Part shown: piece after piece, positions 49,921 through 62,164 of the stretch
Position numbering within the stretch: position 1 is the stretch's first letter
Layout: each line of letters starts with the position of its first letter
NCBI GenBank assembly: GCA_043228905.1
Contig: JBHGNT010000005.1
Location: 23,002,001-23,066,000, forward strand
Length of the DNA: 64,000 nucleotides
Source of the DNA: Azolla caroliniana
Lineage: Eukaryota > Plantae > Polypodiophyta
Reading direction: 5' to 3'
The notes under the pieces: model-generated
What the model was told of the DNA's origin: nothing
Database searches by the model: none
Seen by the model: the letters and a program-made list of their open reading frames with translations, nothing else
Program-made: the position numbers and the translations under genes

Positions 49921-50917
49921 CATATCGTGTTATGTGTGTATATGTGTATGTATGTATGTATGTATGTATGTATGCATTATATGTGTATATAGGTATTGTA
50001 TGGATTGCATTGCATGTGTATATAGGTATGTGTGTAGTAGTGTATTATGTACATATTGTATTGTATTTTATTTAATTGCATTTATTGTATGTATAGCATG
50101 TATGTTGTGTGTTATGTTTGTGTGTGTGTATGTATGTTCCATACAACATATATATGTGTCCATATGTATATATGTATATTCTACACATGTGTGTGTGTGT
50201 GTTGTATTGTATTCCATTTGTATGCAATATGTATGTATGTGTGTAGATATTGTATTGTATGTATGTGTAAATGTGTATGTAAGTGTATATATGTGTATAT
50301 AGATATGTGTGTATGTATGTACATATTGTATTGTAATGTATTAATTTCGTTTATTGTATGTATTGTATGTATGGCCTATGTGTATGATTGTATATGTTGT
50401 GTGTGTGTGTGTGTGTGTGTAAGTGTATATATGTGTATATAGGTATGAATGTATGTATGTACATATTGTATGGTAATGTATGTATGGCCTGTGTGTATGA
50501 TTGTATATGTTATGTGTGTGTGTGTGTCTAAGAATTTATGTGTTGGTTTATGTATGTATGATGTTTGTACTTATGTGTACCTGTAAAATATTTGTAGAGT
50601 AGTTGTGGCAGCCCTGACAGAGAATAATGGTGAGCAAAGCGGCACAAGGCGAGTGGCGGCGGTGGCGGCGGCAATACGAGAACAGAGGCAACAGCCAAAC
50701 AAGAATGGAGGCGACAAAACGAGATCAAAGGCAACAAAAGGAGGACAAAAACAACAAGGGGAGAAGAGGTGACGACGGCAATGAGGAGAGAAGAGGAGGG
50801 AGCTAAGGAGGAGGCGGCAAAACTCTAAATGAAAAAAAGATGAATGTTTGAATGTTATGTTTAGTATGAATGTATGTTATGTATGTATGTGCACATAATG
50901 TATGCATGTATGAATGA

Positions 50918-50955
<38 letters not shown>

Positions 50956-51095
50956 GTATGTAATGTATGCATAAAATATGTATGCTTGCATGAATAAACA
51001 TGAATGAATGTACATATGTAATATGTAATGTATGTATATTTGTATGTGTGTGTGGATATTTGTTTGTAATATGTATGTATAATATATACATATAC

Positions 51096-51127
<32 letters not shown>

Positions 51128-51395
51128 GTGTGTATATATCTAATATATGTATGTATGTAAGTATGTGTATGTACATGTAGCAATGTATAAAAGACTATAT
51201 ATGTATGTCCATGTACATATGTGTATGCATATATGCATATGCAAATGTACATGATTCAATGTGTATGGAGATGTGATTGTAATATGTGCATAATATATAT
51301 GTATATATATGTGTATGTATATGTAGCAATGTATAAATGAATATATGTATATCCATGTACGAATGTACATATGTGTATGTATAAAAGACTATATG

Positions 51396-51427
<32 letters not shown>

Positions 51428-51532
51428 CTACATATAGTCTTATATATATATATATACGTATGTGTGTATATATCTAATATATGTATGTATGTACGTATGT
51501 GTATGTACATGTAGCAATGTATAATAGACTAT
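49780..51532. repeat. (TA)/(TG)/(TATG) compound microsatellite tract
   Basis: directly visible low-complexity sequence. Confidence 0.95.
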
Positions 51533-54500
51533 CCCTGCAACATTTGGAAGAGAGAAGACCACATTCGAGTTATATAAGTGCTCGAGTGGTTCAAGTAGGG
51601 AATCAAATATTGGACTTACAAAAGATTTCTGTTGATTTTAACTATCACAATACATCATCCACATGGGCAGAATCGGGAGATAATGTCAACAAGTTGTTCT
51701 TTGCAGTGCATAATCATCATAAGTCATCAGCTAGGATATCTAGATTAAGATGTCCTGATGGCTCTTATACCACGGATCCTAGCCAGATGCGACAAATAGC
51801 CTCTGATTATTATGAAGCTTTGTTAAAAGCTAGACCATTTTCTGAGGCTGATATGGTTAAGAGGGACATTATATGGTCTAGGGTTCAGAATAGGGTTTCT
51901 GGAAATCTTTTACGTTGTCTTTTACAACCATTAAGTACTCAAGAGGTTTTTAAAGCAGTAAAAGCCCAAGAATGGAAGGAGGGTTTAATCTATATGATTC
52001 CTAAAACAAGTGGACAGTTAGAAGAGCTTAGCCAGTGGAGACCAATTACTTTGTTGAATGTTATTTATAAGATATTAGCAAAAACGATAGCTAGACGGTT
52101 ACAACCTTATCTTTCGGAGTTGATTCATGATACCCAGACAGGTTTTTTGCAAGAGCGAAGTATTTTTGATAATATTATTCTCTTTTGGGAAATGGTGACC
52201 ATCGCTGAAGTGCAGAAGCAAGATCTGGCGGTGTTATTTCTTGATTTTGAAAAAGCTTACGACAGAGTGGACTGGGATTTTATGGAGGGAACACTCGTTA
52301 GGATGGGTTTTCCAAGTAATTGGATACGAGGAGTTTCAGCATTATATCGTAATGCAAGTAGTTCTCTATTATTTGCAGGGGACATTGGTAGGAATTTTTT
52401 TATTTCAAGATTTGTACGCCAGGGATGTCCACTTGCTCCTTTCCTGTTTTTGTTAGTATCCGAAGCATTCTCTGTACATTTAAATTCTCCATATGTAAAT
52501 ATTAAAGGTTTAGCACTACCAGTAGCAAACGCAAATGTGGATTGTGAATTCGCTGATGATACAGCTTTATATGTTCAGGCCTCACATGGTAATTTGTTTC
52601 ATGTGCAAAAGGCCGTGGATGATTTCTCAGATGCATCGGGTGCATTGATAAATTGGGATAAGTCATCAGGTTTTTGGGTCGCTTCGGGAGATCCGCCAGT
52701 TAATGTACCCTCTTTAGGATTCACATGGATACCTCAAGGTCAGTCCATTAGGTATTTAGGTTGTCGAGTGGGTGTGGGATTAAAGTCAGAAGATATGATT
52801 GCACCCTTATTGTTAAGATTAAGAAATAAATTAGTATATTGGAATAAAGAAAAATTATCTTTAGCAGGACGTGTAGTTGTAGCTAATGCGGTGTTGTTGT
52901 CCTCGATTTGGTATATAGCATCTACATGGCTGTTTTCTAGGTCAATAATGTTGAAAGTTCAACGTTTAGTACGGAATTTTATTTGGGGGAACAATAGGTC
53001 AGTCAATCCTGTAGCAAAGGTAGCTTGGTCTATCCTGATACAACCTAAACAAAAAGGTGGTTTAGGTTTGATTGATCCATTTATGCAAAGCAAAGCTTTA
53101 CTTACTAAACATGTTGTTAGGAGTTTATTGCCAGGACAGGAGTTATGGAAAAAGCTATGGATGCAACATCTATATAAGGTCAAGCCTTCGGTAGGTGGTC
53201 AATGGAAGGAGAGTCTTAGATGGTTCTTTAATGCAGATTTCCAGCTACCTAAGTCCAATGATGGATCATTGCGTTTCTTCAATGGAATTTTTCGGGCATG
53301 GGAAACTCTTCGGCATGCGCTTGTTTTCTTGCCACCGAAAAGCTATCATCAATTTATGCGTCAACCATTGATATGGAATCCTTTATTTACTGATGAAGCT
53401 GCATGTGTTTTGGGTTTACGCCCTAGGTTATCATGGGCTGCAATGGATAGTGGACCAGCTCGTACGGTTGCGGATTGGATAAGGTTTATGCAGTCCTCTA
53501 CGTTGGAGCAAAGTAATAGGTTATCGAACTTAAGAGGGGCTAAGATCATGTTATCACAATTGTCCAGGGTGTATCAGGTCACAGTGCCTACATTGCAATT
53601 CGATCATTTTCAGAGTTGGTACGGTATGTTCTCGACACTCAATATACTTATAGCAGCTCGGTTATATGATCAAAATGGTAGCATTTATTTTTATGAAGTG
53701 TTGGACAATGGTAGGTTGATACTAGTGGATGAGGAGTCTCAAATCATGTTGGCTGCAAAGCAATTGCCAGTGCGAGTAATTGCTAGATTATATAAAAATA
53801 TATATATCGATCCTAGTCCACTAATAGTTAATTTTTCATCTCATATTTCGGTGTTAGACTCTAAACCTATTGATGACCTGCAGTGGGATCCAACGGATTA
53901 TGGTTGGAAATTATCCATATCTGACTCTTCGACTAAGATCCTTCCTTTTTTCAAATATTCAGTAGCGTTTGGTAGGAATTTTATGTTGAGGCAGACCGAG
54001 CCAATACCTGCTGGAAAAAAGTATTGGGAGGAAGGTAATGTTTCATCTACTAATATGGTTATGTTTTGGAAACAGTTTTGGTCTATTAAATGCATGAATA
54101 AGATATTGCATTTTCGATGGTTGATGATTCATTATGCATTGCCAATAGGTCATTTATTGAGGGGATCGGTGAGTAATCGGTCATGTATTATGTGTGGGTT
54201 TGCGGATGAGACATTGCATCATGCATTTTGGGAATGTGTATCCGCAAAAAGTTTTTGGTGTCGAATTCTTAGGCTTCTAGGCCGTAAGTATAAGTCTGCT
54301 ATTTTTACGTGGGGTGCAGTCTTTTGGGGAATGTTGGATCAACAAAGGGCTTTTTATCATTATAATCATTCTTCATTGTCTTTATATGTAAGAAGTTTTC
54401 AGGTATATTCTACTTCAGGATCCTTGCAGGGAGTCGAGTTCTTCTCGCGGAGCTATGTTTGGCAGATTGTCTCCTCGTTGTCTCTAAGGGTTCTTTGGAA

Positions 54501-54696
54501 AGCTCGGTGCTCCAAGTTATACAATGATGAAGACATTCACGTTGTGGATCAGGTAAAGTCTTTTTGGAATTTATTAGTACATTCGGTTAAAGGTGAGTAT
54601 GACAGGTATAAAGGCTATGGAAACACAGCCATTCGAAAAAGAAAGAGATTACGACGAGTTTGGTCAGCTATTCCTATAATGTTAGATGCGAGATAA
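51533..54696 (+). CDS. LINE ORF2 remnant (RT + zf-RVT, endonuclease missing)
   Basis: WRPITLLN, LDFEKAYDRV, RQGCPLAP, FADD, IRYLG, GGLG, CIMC...ETLHHAFWEC; the upstream ATG at 51481 comes from flanking microsatellite. Confidence 0.85.
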
Positions 54697-54859
54697 CAGG
54701 GAGGAGACGGTGGCAGCATGTATGAAGCCTATTTTAATGTAGGTAAGATATACATATGCTAGAAGAAGATATGAGGAAATGGGATGATGTTCTGGATGCT
54801 GAATCAGGCTAGTAAAAGAAGATTTTAGTGGTATGAGGCAGATTTCGTGTGATAATCAG

Positions 54860-55940
54860 AGACATCGACATGGTGGATGTGGACAGGTTGAAATAGGTTT
54901 AAGTTGTTTTGTGATTAGGATGACTGATGGTGGTGGGGGTTGTCGAAGATTACTAGGAGAAGGTGAGGATTTCTGTTTGTTTTCTACTCATTTGTTGGTT
55001 GTTAGTGTAACAGGATTGTCGAATCGGAGATAGTGAGATGGTAGATGGGGATAGGACAAAGCCGTTTTTCTGTTTTTTGTGGTTAGGATGAGTGATGTTG
55101 GAGTGGGGGCTGAAGCAAATTATTATGAGAAGGCGAGGAATGATTTTCGCTCATTTTTTGTTGTGATTACAGGGCCGCGTTAATCGGTGAGATGGAATAG
55201 GGGAAGCAAGATACCCTAGATATGGGTTGACTTAAGACAGATATTATGGTTCTCATAGGTTGCGGGATGATGGCAGTGGGATTTGAAGCAACTTTGTCAT
55301 GGTGTGAGGATGAGTGGTGTTGGTGCGAGGGCTGAAGCAGATCAGGAGGGGAGAGGAATCATTGTTCACTTATTTTGTTGTTAATTACACAGGATATTGG
55401 CAGTACTCGGCGAGATGGTGGATGTGGATTGATTGAAGCAATTTGTTTGTTTTTAGGAGTGATGATGGTGGGGGGGACAGAAGCAAATCATGAGGGGATG
55501 AGGAACCATTATTCACTTGTTTTTGTTGTTTTTGTATAGGTCAGAGGTGGTATTCGGCGAGATGGTGGATGTGGTTTGACTGAAGCAATTTCTTTGTTTT
55601 TAGGAGTGACGATGGTGTGGGGGAACGAAGCAAATCATGAGGGAATGAGGAACAATTTCTCATTTTTGTTGATTCATTGCACAGGACATTGGTGCTATTC
55701 GGCGAGATGGTGGATGTGGACTAAAGGAAGCAATGTGTCTGTTTTAGGAGTGATGATGGTGGGGGGGATCGAAGCAGCTCATGAGGGGATGAGGAATTTT
55801 TTATTTATTTTGTTGTTAATTCCACAGGACATTGGTGGCATTCGGCGAGATGGTGGAGGTGGATTGAATGAAGCAATTTGGTTGTTTTTAGGAGTGATGA
55901 TGGTGAGGGGGCCTAAGCACATCATGAAGGGAGAGTGAAT
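54860..55940 (+). repeat. ~145-bp tandem repeat in the LINE 3' UTR
   Basis: CGGCGAGATGGTGGA at 55408, 55555, 55700, 55843; more diverged copies upstream. Confidence 0.85.
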
Positions 55941-56350
55941 AAGTTGTCGGGATCGAAGCAAATGGGGTGAGAGGTGGAATTAGTATAGTACATTTCATTT
56001 TCATGGTCTGTTTTTTTCTCCCCAACAGTTTTTACAAATGTTGGAATCACTTCAGATCTGTTTGCAACTGTTTCTGTTGGGATGGTGAATCTTCTTACAA
56101 AGACGGAAATCTTCTTACACCTGACACATATGATTGGAAAGACGGAGGACATGGAATCTGCAGCAGATCACTGGAATCAATGTTGTGTTTTATGGCTGTT
56201 TTTTTTCCCAACAGTTTTTACAAATACTAGAATCATTTCAGATATACTGGTGGAGATGAAACAATATTATGTACTATTTGTATACTGCCTCCGGGCTTTT
56301 TATTAATACCAATGGAGCATATGTTTTATGGTAAATGTATAATAGACTAT

Positions 56351-58500
56351 ATGTATGTCCATGTACGAATGCACATATGTGTATGCATATATGCATATGT
56401 CATGTATGTATGTATGTGTATGCATATATGCATATGCAAATGTACATGATTCAATGTGTATTGATGTGTGATTGTAATATGTGCATAATATCTATGTATA
56501 TATCCGATGTATATATATGCATGTATGTGTATCAATGTATAAATGAATATATGTATGTCCATGTACGAATGTACATATGTGTATGCATATATCCATGTGT
56601 AATGTATGTATGTATGTATGTGTATACATATATCCATATGACATTGTACATGATTCTAATGTATGTATATGTAGCAATATATAAATGAATATAGGTATGT
56701 CCATGTACGAATGCACATATGTGTATGCATATGTAATGTATGTATGTGTATGCATATATATGACAATGTACATGATTCAATGTATATGAATGTGTGATGC
56801 TAATATATGCATATGCATATGCAATGTATGTATGTTTGTATGTGTAACAGTGTATGCATATATGCATACATGAGTGTGTGGATGTTTGTTCATAATATTT
56901 ATGTATGTGTATGTATATATGTATGTATTGTAGTTTGTGATGATATGTATGTACATATGTAATGTATGTATGTGTATGTAACATATTTATGTGTATGCAT
57001 GTATGTAATGTATGTATATATGTGTGTGGAGGTATGTTTGTAAAACTTATAACATTGTAGGTATATGTATGTATATATATGGTGATATGTGGAATATGTA
57101 TGTATGTATGTGTATGCATATATGTATATGTCAATATACATGATTCAATGAGTATGAATGTGTTTGTACTATGTGCATAATATGTATGTACATATCCAAT
57201 GTATGTGTGTGTGTGTGTTTGTTTGTGTGTGTGTATGGTCATATGTATGTAAATGTATGAATGTATGTACGTGTATATATGTAATGTATTTATGTATGTA
57301 TATTTTTGGGATATTTTCATGTTTAGTACATGTGTATATGTCTTGTATATGGATGTATGTTTGTAATATACATGTATATATCCAATGTATGTGTAAGTAT
57401 ACATATATCTAATGTATGTGTGTGTGCGTGCGTATATATGTAAGTATTGTGGTTTGTATGGTTCAGTATAATCTATATATATGGTGATATGTGGAATATG
57501 TATGCACATATGTAATATATCTATGTATGTATCCACATATATATGTATATATGTATATGTAAATTTGTATATTGTGTAATAGGTATGGATTATATGCTAT
57601 GTAATATCTAATTTATTTATGTGTGTGTGCATGTGTATATATATGTAACTTGTTTGTAAGTATGAAGATTTGTATATATATAGTATGTAATCTTAGGTAT
57701 TAATATGTATGTGCATGTGTATATATATATATAATATAGGGAAAAGTACTAGGATACCCCTGGAAGTTCGTCTATTTACCAGAATGCCCCTGGAAGTTCC
57801 AAATTTACCAAACTACCCCTATGTCCAAAAAATTACACTTTATAAAGTAATTATACACTCAAATCTTTGATACATAGGGCTATTTTGGGTCCATTTCTTC
57901 CATCTTTGGTAAATAGGGCTTGTAGATTTGAGTGTATAATTACTTTATAAAGTGTAATTTTTTGGACATAGGGGTAGTTTGGTAAATTTGGAACTTCCAA
58001 GGGCATTTTGGTAAATAGACGAACTTCCAAGGGTATCCTAGTACTTTTCCCTATAATATTAAGGTCATTTATTTTTGTGTGTTTTGTATGTATATATGCA
58101 TTTGTGTATGTATTTATGTAATACATAATTTTATTGTATGTATTATGTATATATGTATGTCAATATATATGGTTGATTCTAATATGTATGCAATGTGTAA
58201 TGCATCCATATATGTGTATGTACATATTTACATATGGTAATATATATTTGTACATATATTTATGTTTAGTCAATATGCAAGTATAAATGGGTGTAATGTA
58301 TGTATATACATATTCATGGATATAGGTATATATGCATATGTGATGTGTGATATATGAATGTAGGTATATATGCATGTGTGATGTGTGTTATGTTTGTGTG
58401 TGTATACGTATGTACATATTGTATTGTATTGTATGTATGCAATGTGTGTATATGTGTATGTATGTGTGTACATTGTATATATAATATGTAATTTATTTTT
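56351..58500. repeat. (TA)/(TG)/(TATG) compound microsatellite tract
   Basis: directly visible; shares higher-order units with 51130-51530. Confidence 0.95.
57739..58051. mobile_element. Mutator-like MITE (313 bp)
   Basis: 128-bp TIRs (57739-57866, 57924-58051) starting GGGAAAA; 9-bp TSD TATAATATA/TATAATATT. Confidence 0.85.
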
Positions 58501-59251
58501 TTGTAGACCGGTTCCTCACCGGCCGGAATCTCTCACACTTCTTCGAACTTGGCATGTACCGGTGGACGTGCGGTTTGGTGGGGGCAAATGTTGTGAAGAT
58601 TTCGGGCCATCGTGCAAAACCGGGGAAAATCGGGAGAATCGGTAGAGTGAATCATGTGTACTCATACTTGTATAAACGTGTGAATAATAGGGGTGCCTTA
58701 TGGCGCCGAGTGGGAGTCAAGTCGGGACAAAGAATACCATGTAAATCGGGATTTATCCCACATTGTAACGCATCCCTCTCCTTGTTCTATAAAAGGAAGG
58801 GGCGGTCCCTTGTAGAAGGGTTGCCCATTTTGTCTTAGAGGGTATACTGTTAGTTTAGGGTTAGGCAGTTTCTCCTTCACTCTATTTCGTTCTAGGGTTT
58901 CCTTTGTTCTTCTTGTTCTTCTCCCCCTTCGTGTCTGTTTAGGGTTTTAGCCCGGTGAAGAGCTTGTATGTTCTGTGGGGGTTTACTTTTGCTCGGCCTC
59001 CTGTGCAAGACCCCGTTCGGTGCGACGAGCCCGAGAGTTCCCCGATGGCGGCTTGGGGGCAGACTGTTGTTGTGACCTAGCTTACCTCAGTCCACTCGGA
59101 GCCGGAGTTGTAACTCACTCTTGTAATTATATATATAAAGGGTTGTGCATATTTGTGTCTCTGTTGGTGTCGGGTGCATTTCCTTCCCTGTGTTTCTTGT
59201 ATATAAGAGGCGTGTGTTGTGTTGGTGTTGTGCGCATGCTCTCTCTCTCTA

Positions 59252-59295
<44 letters not shown>

Positions 59296-62164
59296 GCGTT
59301 TGGTAGCCACCGGTACGCATCCGGAATCGCTCCGGTTTGCGCCACAACCAGTGTAGCCGGGACTGGAGAGAAGTCGGCTTCTGACACCCCATCACTTCCT
59401 CGTCCGAGACCCCTGTGGTCCCGCCCCTTTTCTACACGTACCCGCGGAATATCGCAACATATTTGGTGAACCCGACGTGAACAGGTGGTAGAGGAATAGA
59501 AAGATGAGGGGAACGGAGCTTGCAGAAGCCATGGCTTCAGCTATAGATCGATTAGTGAGTGCACGTGAAGGCACAGGCAGCCTCCATAGGGCTATTGAAG
59601 CAATCGTCGGCACTATACGCCGGTTCGGTGGAAAGGACACCACGAGCTACTTGGAGGCCTACCGAGCCGAAATGGTGATGAGGGACATTCCGGAAGACAG
59701 GTGACTGGCCGGATTCCCTCGGGTGGCGATGTCAAGCATCTACACGGAGGTGCTCGAGGTACAGGCTGAGAGCCGGACCTAGGAAGAGTTTGAAGGTCGG
59801 CTTCTTGAGAAATACGGGCTTGATGACGCGCTTTGGCTATTGAAGCGGGACTTCATGGAATGGGTGGAGACCCCCGAAAAGGGGAGAAACGCGTCGGTGC
59901 TGCTCCAGGAGTTTGAAGAACACTTCGCGCGTCTTTCGGCGCTAGAATGGACCGTACTGGACACAAGTTGTGTCCTATTATTTGTTAAATCGGTGGACGT
60001 GAGGGACCGGGAGCAAGTGGGCCTCTTGCTGGAGACCGATGACGGGCTAACGGCCGACTGGGCCGTGGTGAAGAGAGTTTGCGGCAAGGAAGCTCGAGGT
60101 ACCCCCACTGGCGCGAAGGGAGGAGACCCAAGACTGGCTCGAGGCCGGGTCGACTTTGACCGGCGTGGTCAAAGGCCCGTCCGGAGGAGCGGCTCTGGAG
60201 GAGCTGACTCAGATGGTGAGGGACCTCCAGATTGAACAGACACGGAGGGACGACGGCGAACTAGCCCATGATCGAAGGCCTCCGGCTGGGCATCGGTGCT
60301 TGTGGTGCGACGCAGTCGGCCATGCCCGAAAGGACTGCGGGGACTTCGCCGAAGCGATAAGGGCCAACGTAGTGTACCTGTGGAACGGGCGGGTACACAC
60401 TAGCGAAACTCGGAGGGCCCTGGATCTAGATGTCGGACGAGGGGGGATGAAACGGTTGATGGAGGAAGCAACGGCTCGCCACGCAAAGACCATCCACTAC
60501 TCGGCGTCGGCGGGAATCCGGGTCGGGAGTGATGAAGTCCGGAAAACGAAGGACTCTGGGTTGTGGCCATTGATGCTGGAAGGCCTAGTCGGCGTACGGC
60601 TAAGGAAAGAGGAAGCGGACCACGTGGAAAGACGGGTCCGGGAGGTAACCGGGTGGAGTGACCCGGTCGAAGAGAAGACGGGCTTCGTGGAAGCCGCGTG
60701 CCAGAACTACCAGGTTTTGGTGGAAGACAAGCGCGCAGGAAAGACCGGGGGGGCTGGACCCTCACAACGGTATGAGACCCGGTTCGGGCCGAAGCAGAAT
60801 GATGTCGGTGCATCCGGCGCACCGGACAAGGCCAAGAAGGTAGTTACCGGTTGAGCACAGAGATTGAGAGGACCACGGACCTACGAAAGGTCCTGTAGGA
60901 ACGGATCCTCGACAACAAAGTGGAGTTGTCACTGAGGGAAGTGCTCGGTATCGCCAAGAAGGAGTTCCATGACTCCATTGTAGACTTGGTGAAGCAGAAA
61001 AGGCTTTCGACGGAGCCGGAGCCGGAGCCGGAGCCGGAGAAGCAGGTGGAAGTGTAAACGACGCACCTAGAAGACATGGCCCTGGAGGATGAGTTGGCGG
61101 AAAGCCACTACTCGAGGCTACATTGGGCTAGGGCCACTACGGAAATCCCTATTCGGATCGGGGACGTCCAAGAGCCAGTGGTTGTGTTGGTAGACCACGG
61201 TTCGGAGATAAACTTGATGTCCATGGACTTCTACAATAAGGGAAAGTGGCCGATCAACACCAAGCATGAGTGGAAGATACGGGCAACAACGTGCACCACG
61301 AAGGAGCTACACGGAGCCTGCCCCCCGAATGTACGAGTGAAAATCGGCGATGTCGAGATCGATCAACACTTCTTCGTGCAGGAGACGTCCTCACATCCGG
61401 TGATACTTAGAGAACCGTACATTACGGCGGCGCGCATGGAGACGAAGGTGATGGACAACGGTTTGGTGTATGCCCAAGTCAAAAGCCAGGATGGGCATCA
61501 CTCCATTCAGTTTCTGATGGTATGACCGAACCACGAGCGTAACCACGAGACCCTTGGCAGTGAAAGCCAAGGGGATTTTTAGAGAGGGCTATCAAGGCGT
61601 GAGGACGCGATACTCCAGACACTCCGGAAAAACCCCACATGTATAGTAGGCAGAAGAACTTGTAACATAGGTAGGAAGTTTTGGTTCTCCGATAGCGGAG
61701 GTTGTACAATAGCCGGCGTCGTTGACCAGGAGAAGAAGCGGGCAGAAGAGCGACTCAGGGCATGCCGAGTCCTCGCCCCTGAAGAGGAGCTTGGCAGTGT
61801 CGTGGAGGCGGTCTCCTTCGATGACACCTTGGGGGAATTACGCGAGGTTGTCGAAGGAGGCCTTAGTGAAGACCAAACGATTCCGGTATGTTCGGAAAAG
61901 ATGTACGAAGTCATCGCCGACTTCAGTAAAGGACTCGAGTCGGATCGGACGGCTCGAGTGGATATGAAGTACAAGACTGTGGACCGGAAGGTGAGGCCAG
62001 TCGCGGCACCCTTGCCGGAGGGCAGCGAGTTACGAATGAAAGGGGTCGCGCCAAACCTAAGTTTACGAGATCCAGTTGGCATAGGACACCGATTCACTGA
62101 CATAACGTTACGAGAGCTCAAGGTCGGTGGGGGTGGCTTTCTACAACCAGCGGAGGAGTACCGG

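Larger units (their letters stand above)
51533..56333 (+). mobile_element. 5'-truncated L1-clade LINE
   Basis: 17-bp TSD AATGTATAATAGACTAT (51516-51532, 56334-56350); ORF2 RT and zf-RVT; long 3' UTR. Confidence 0.9.

Noticed and set aside
55400-55940. regularly spaced repeats resembling a CRISPR array (also 7006-7230)
   Set aside because: whole units repeat with no unique spacers; eukaryotic TE context; no cas genes
49810-58473. many Y/I/H/C/V/M-rich ORFs
   Set aside because: translations of TA/TG microsatellites
45102-58502. TIRs/TSD for the P-like element; Helitron-type ends
   Set aside because: no convincing terminal repeats or CTRR/hairpin end found; both sides abut other elements
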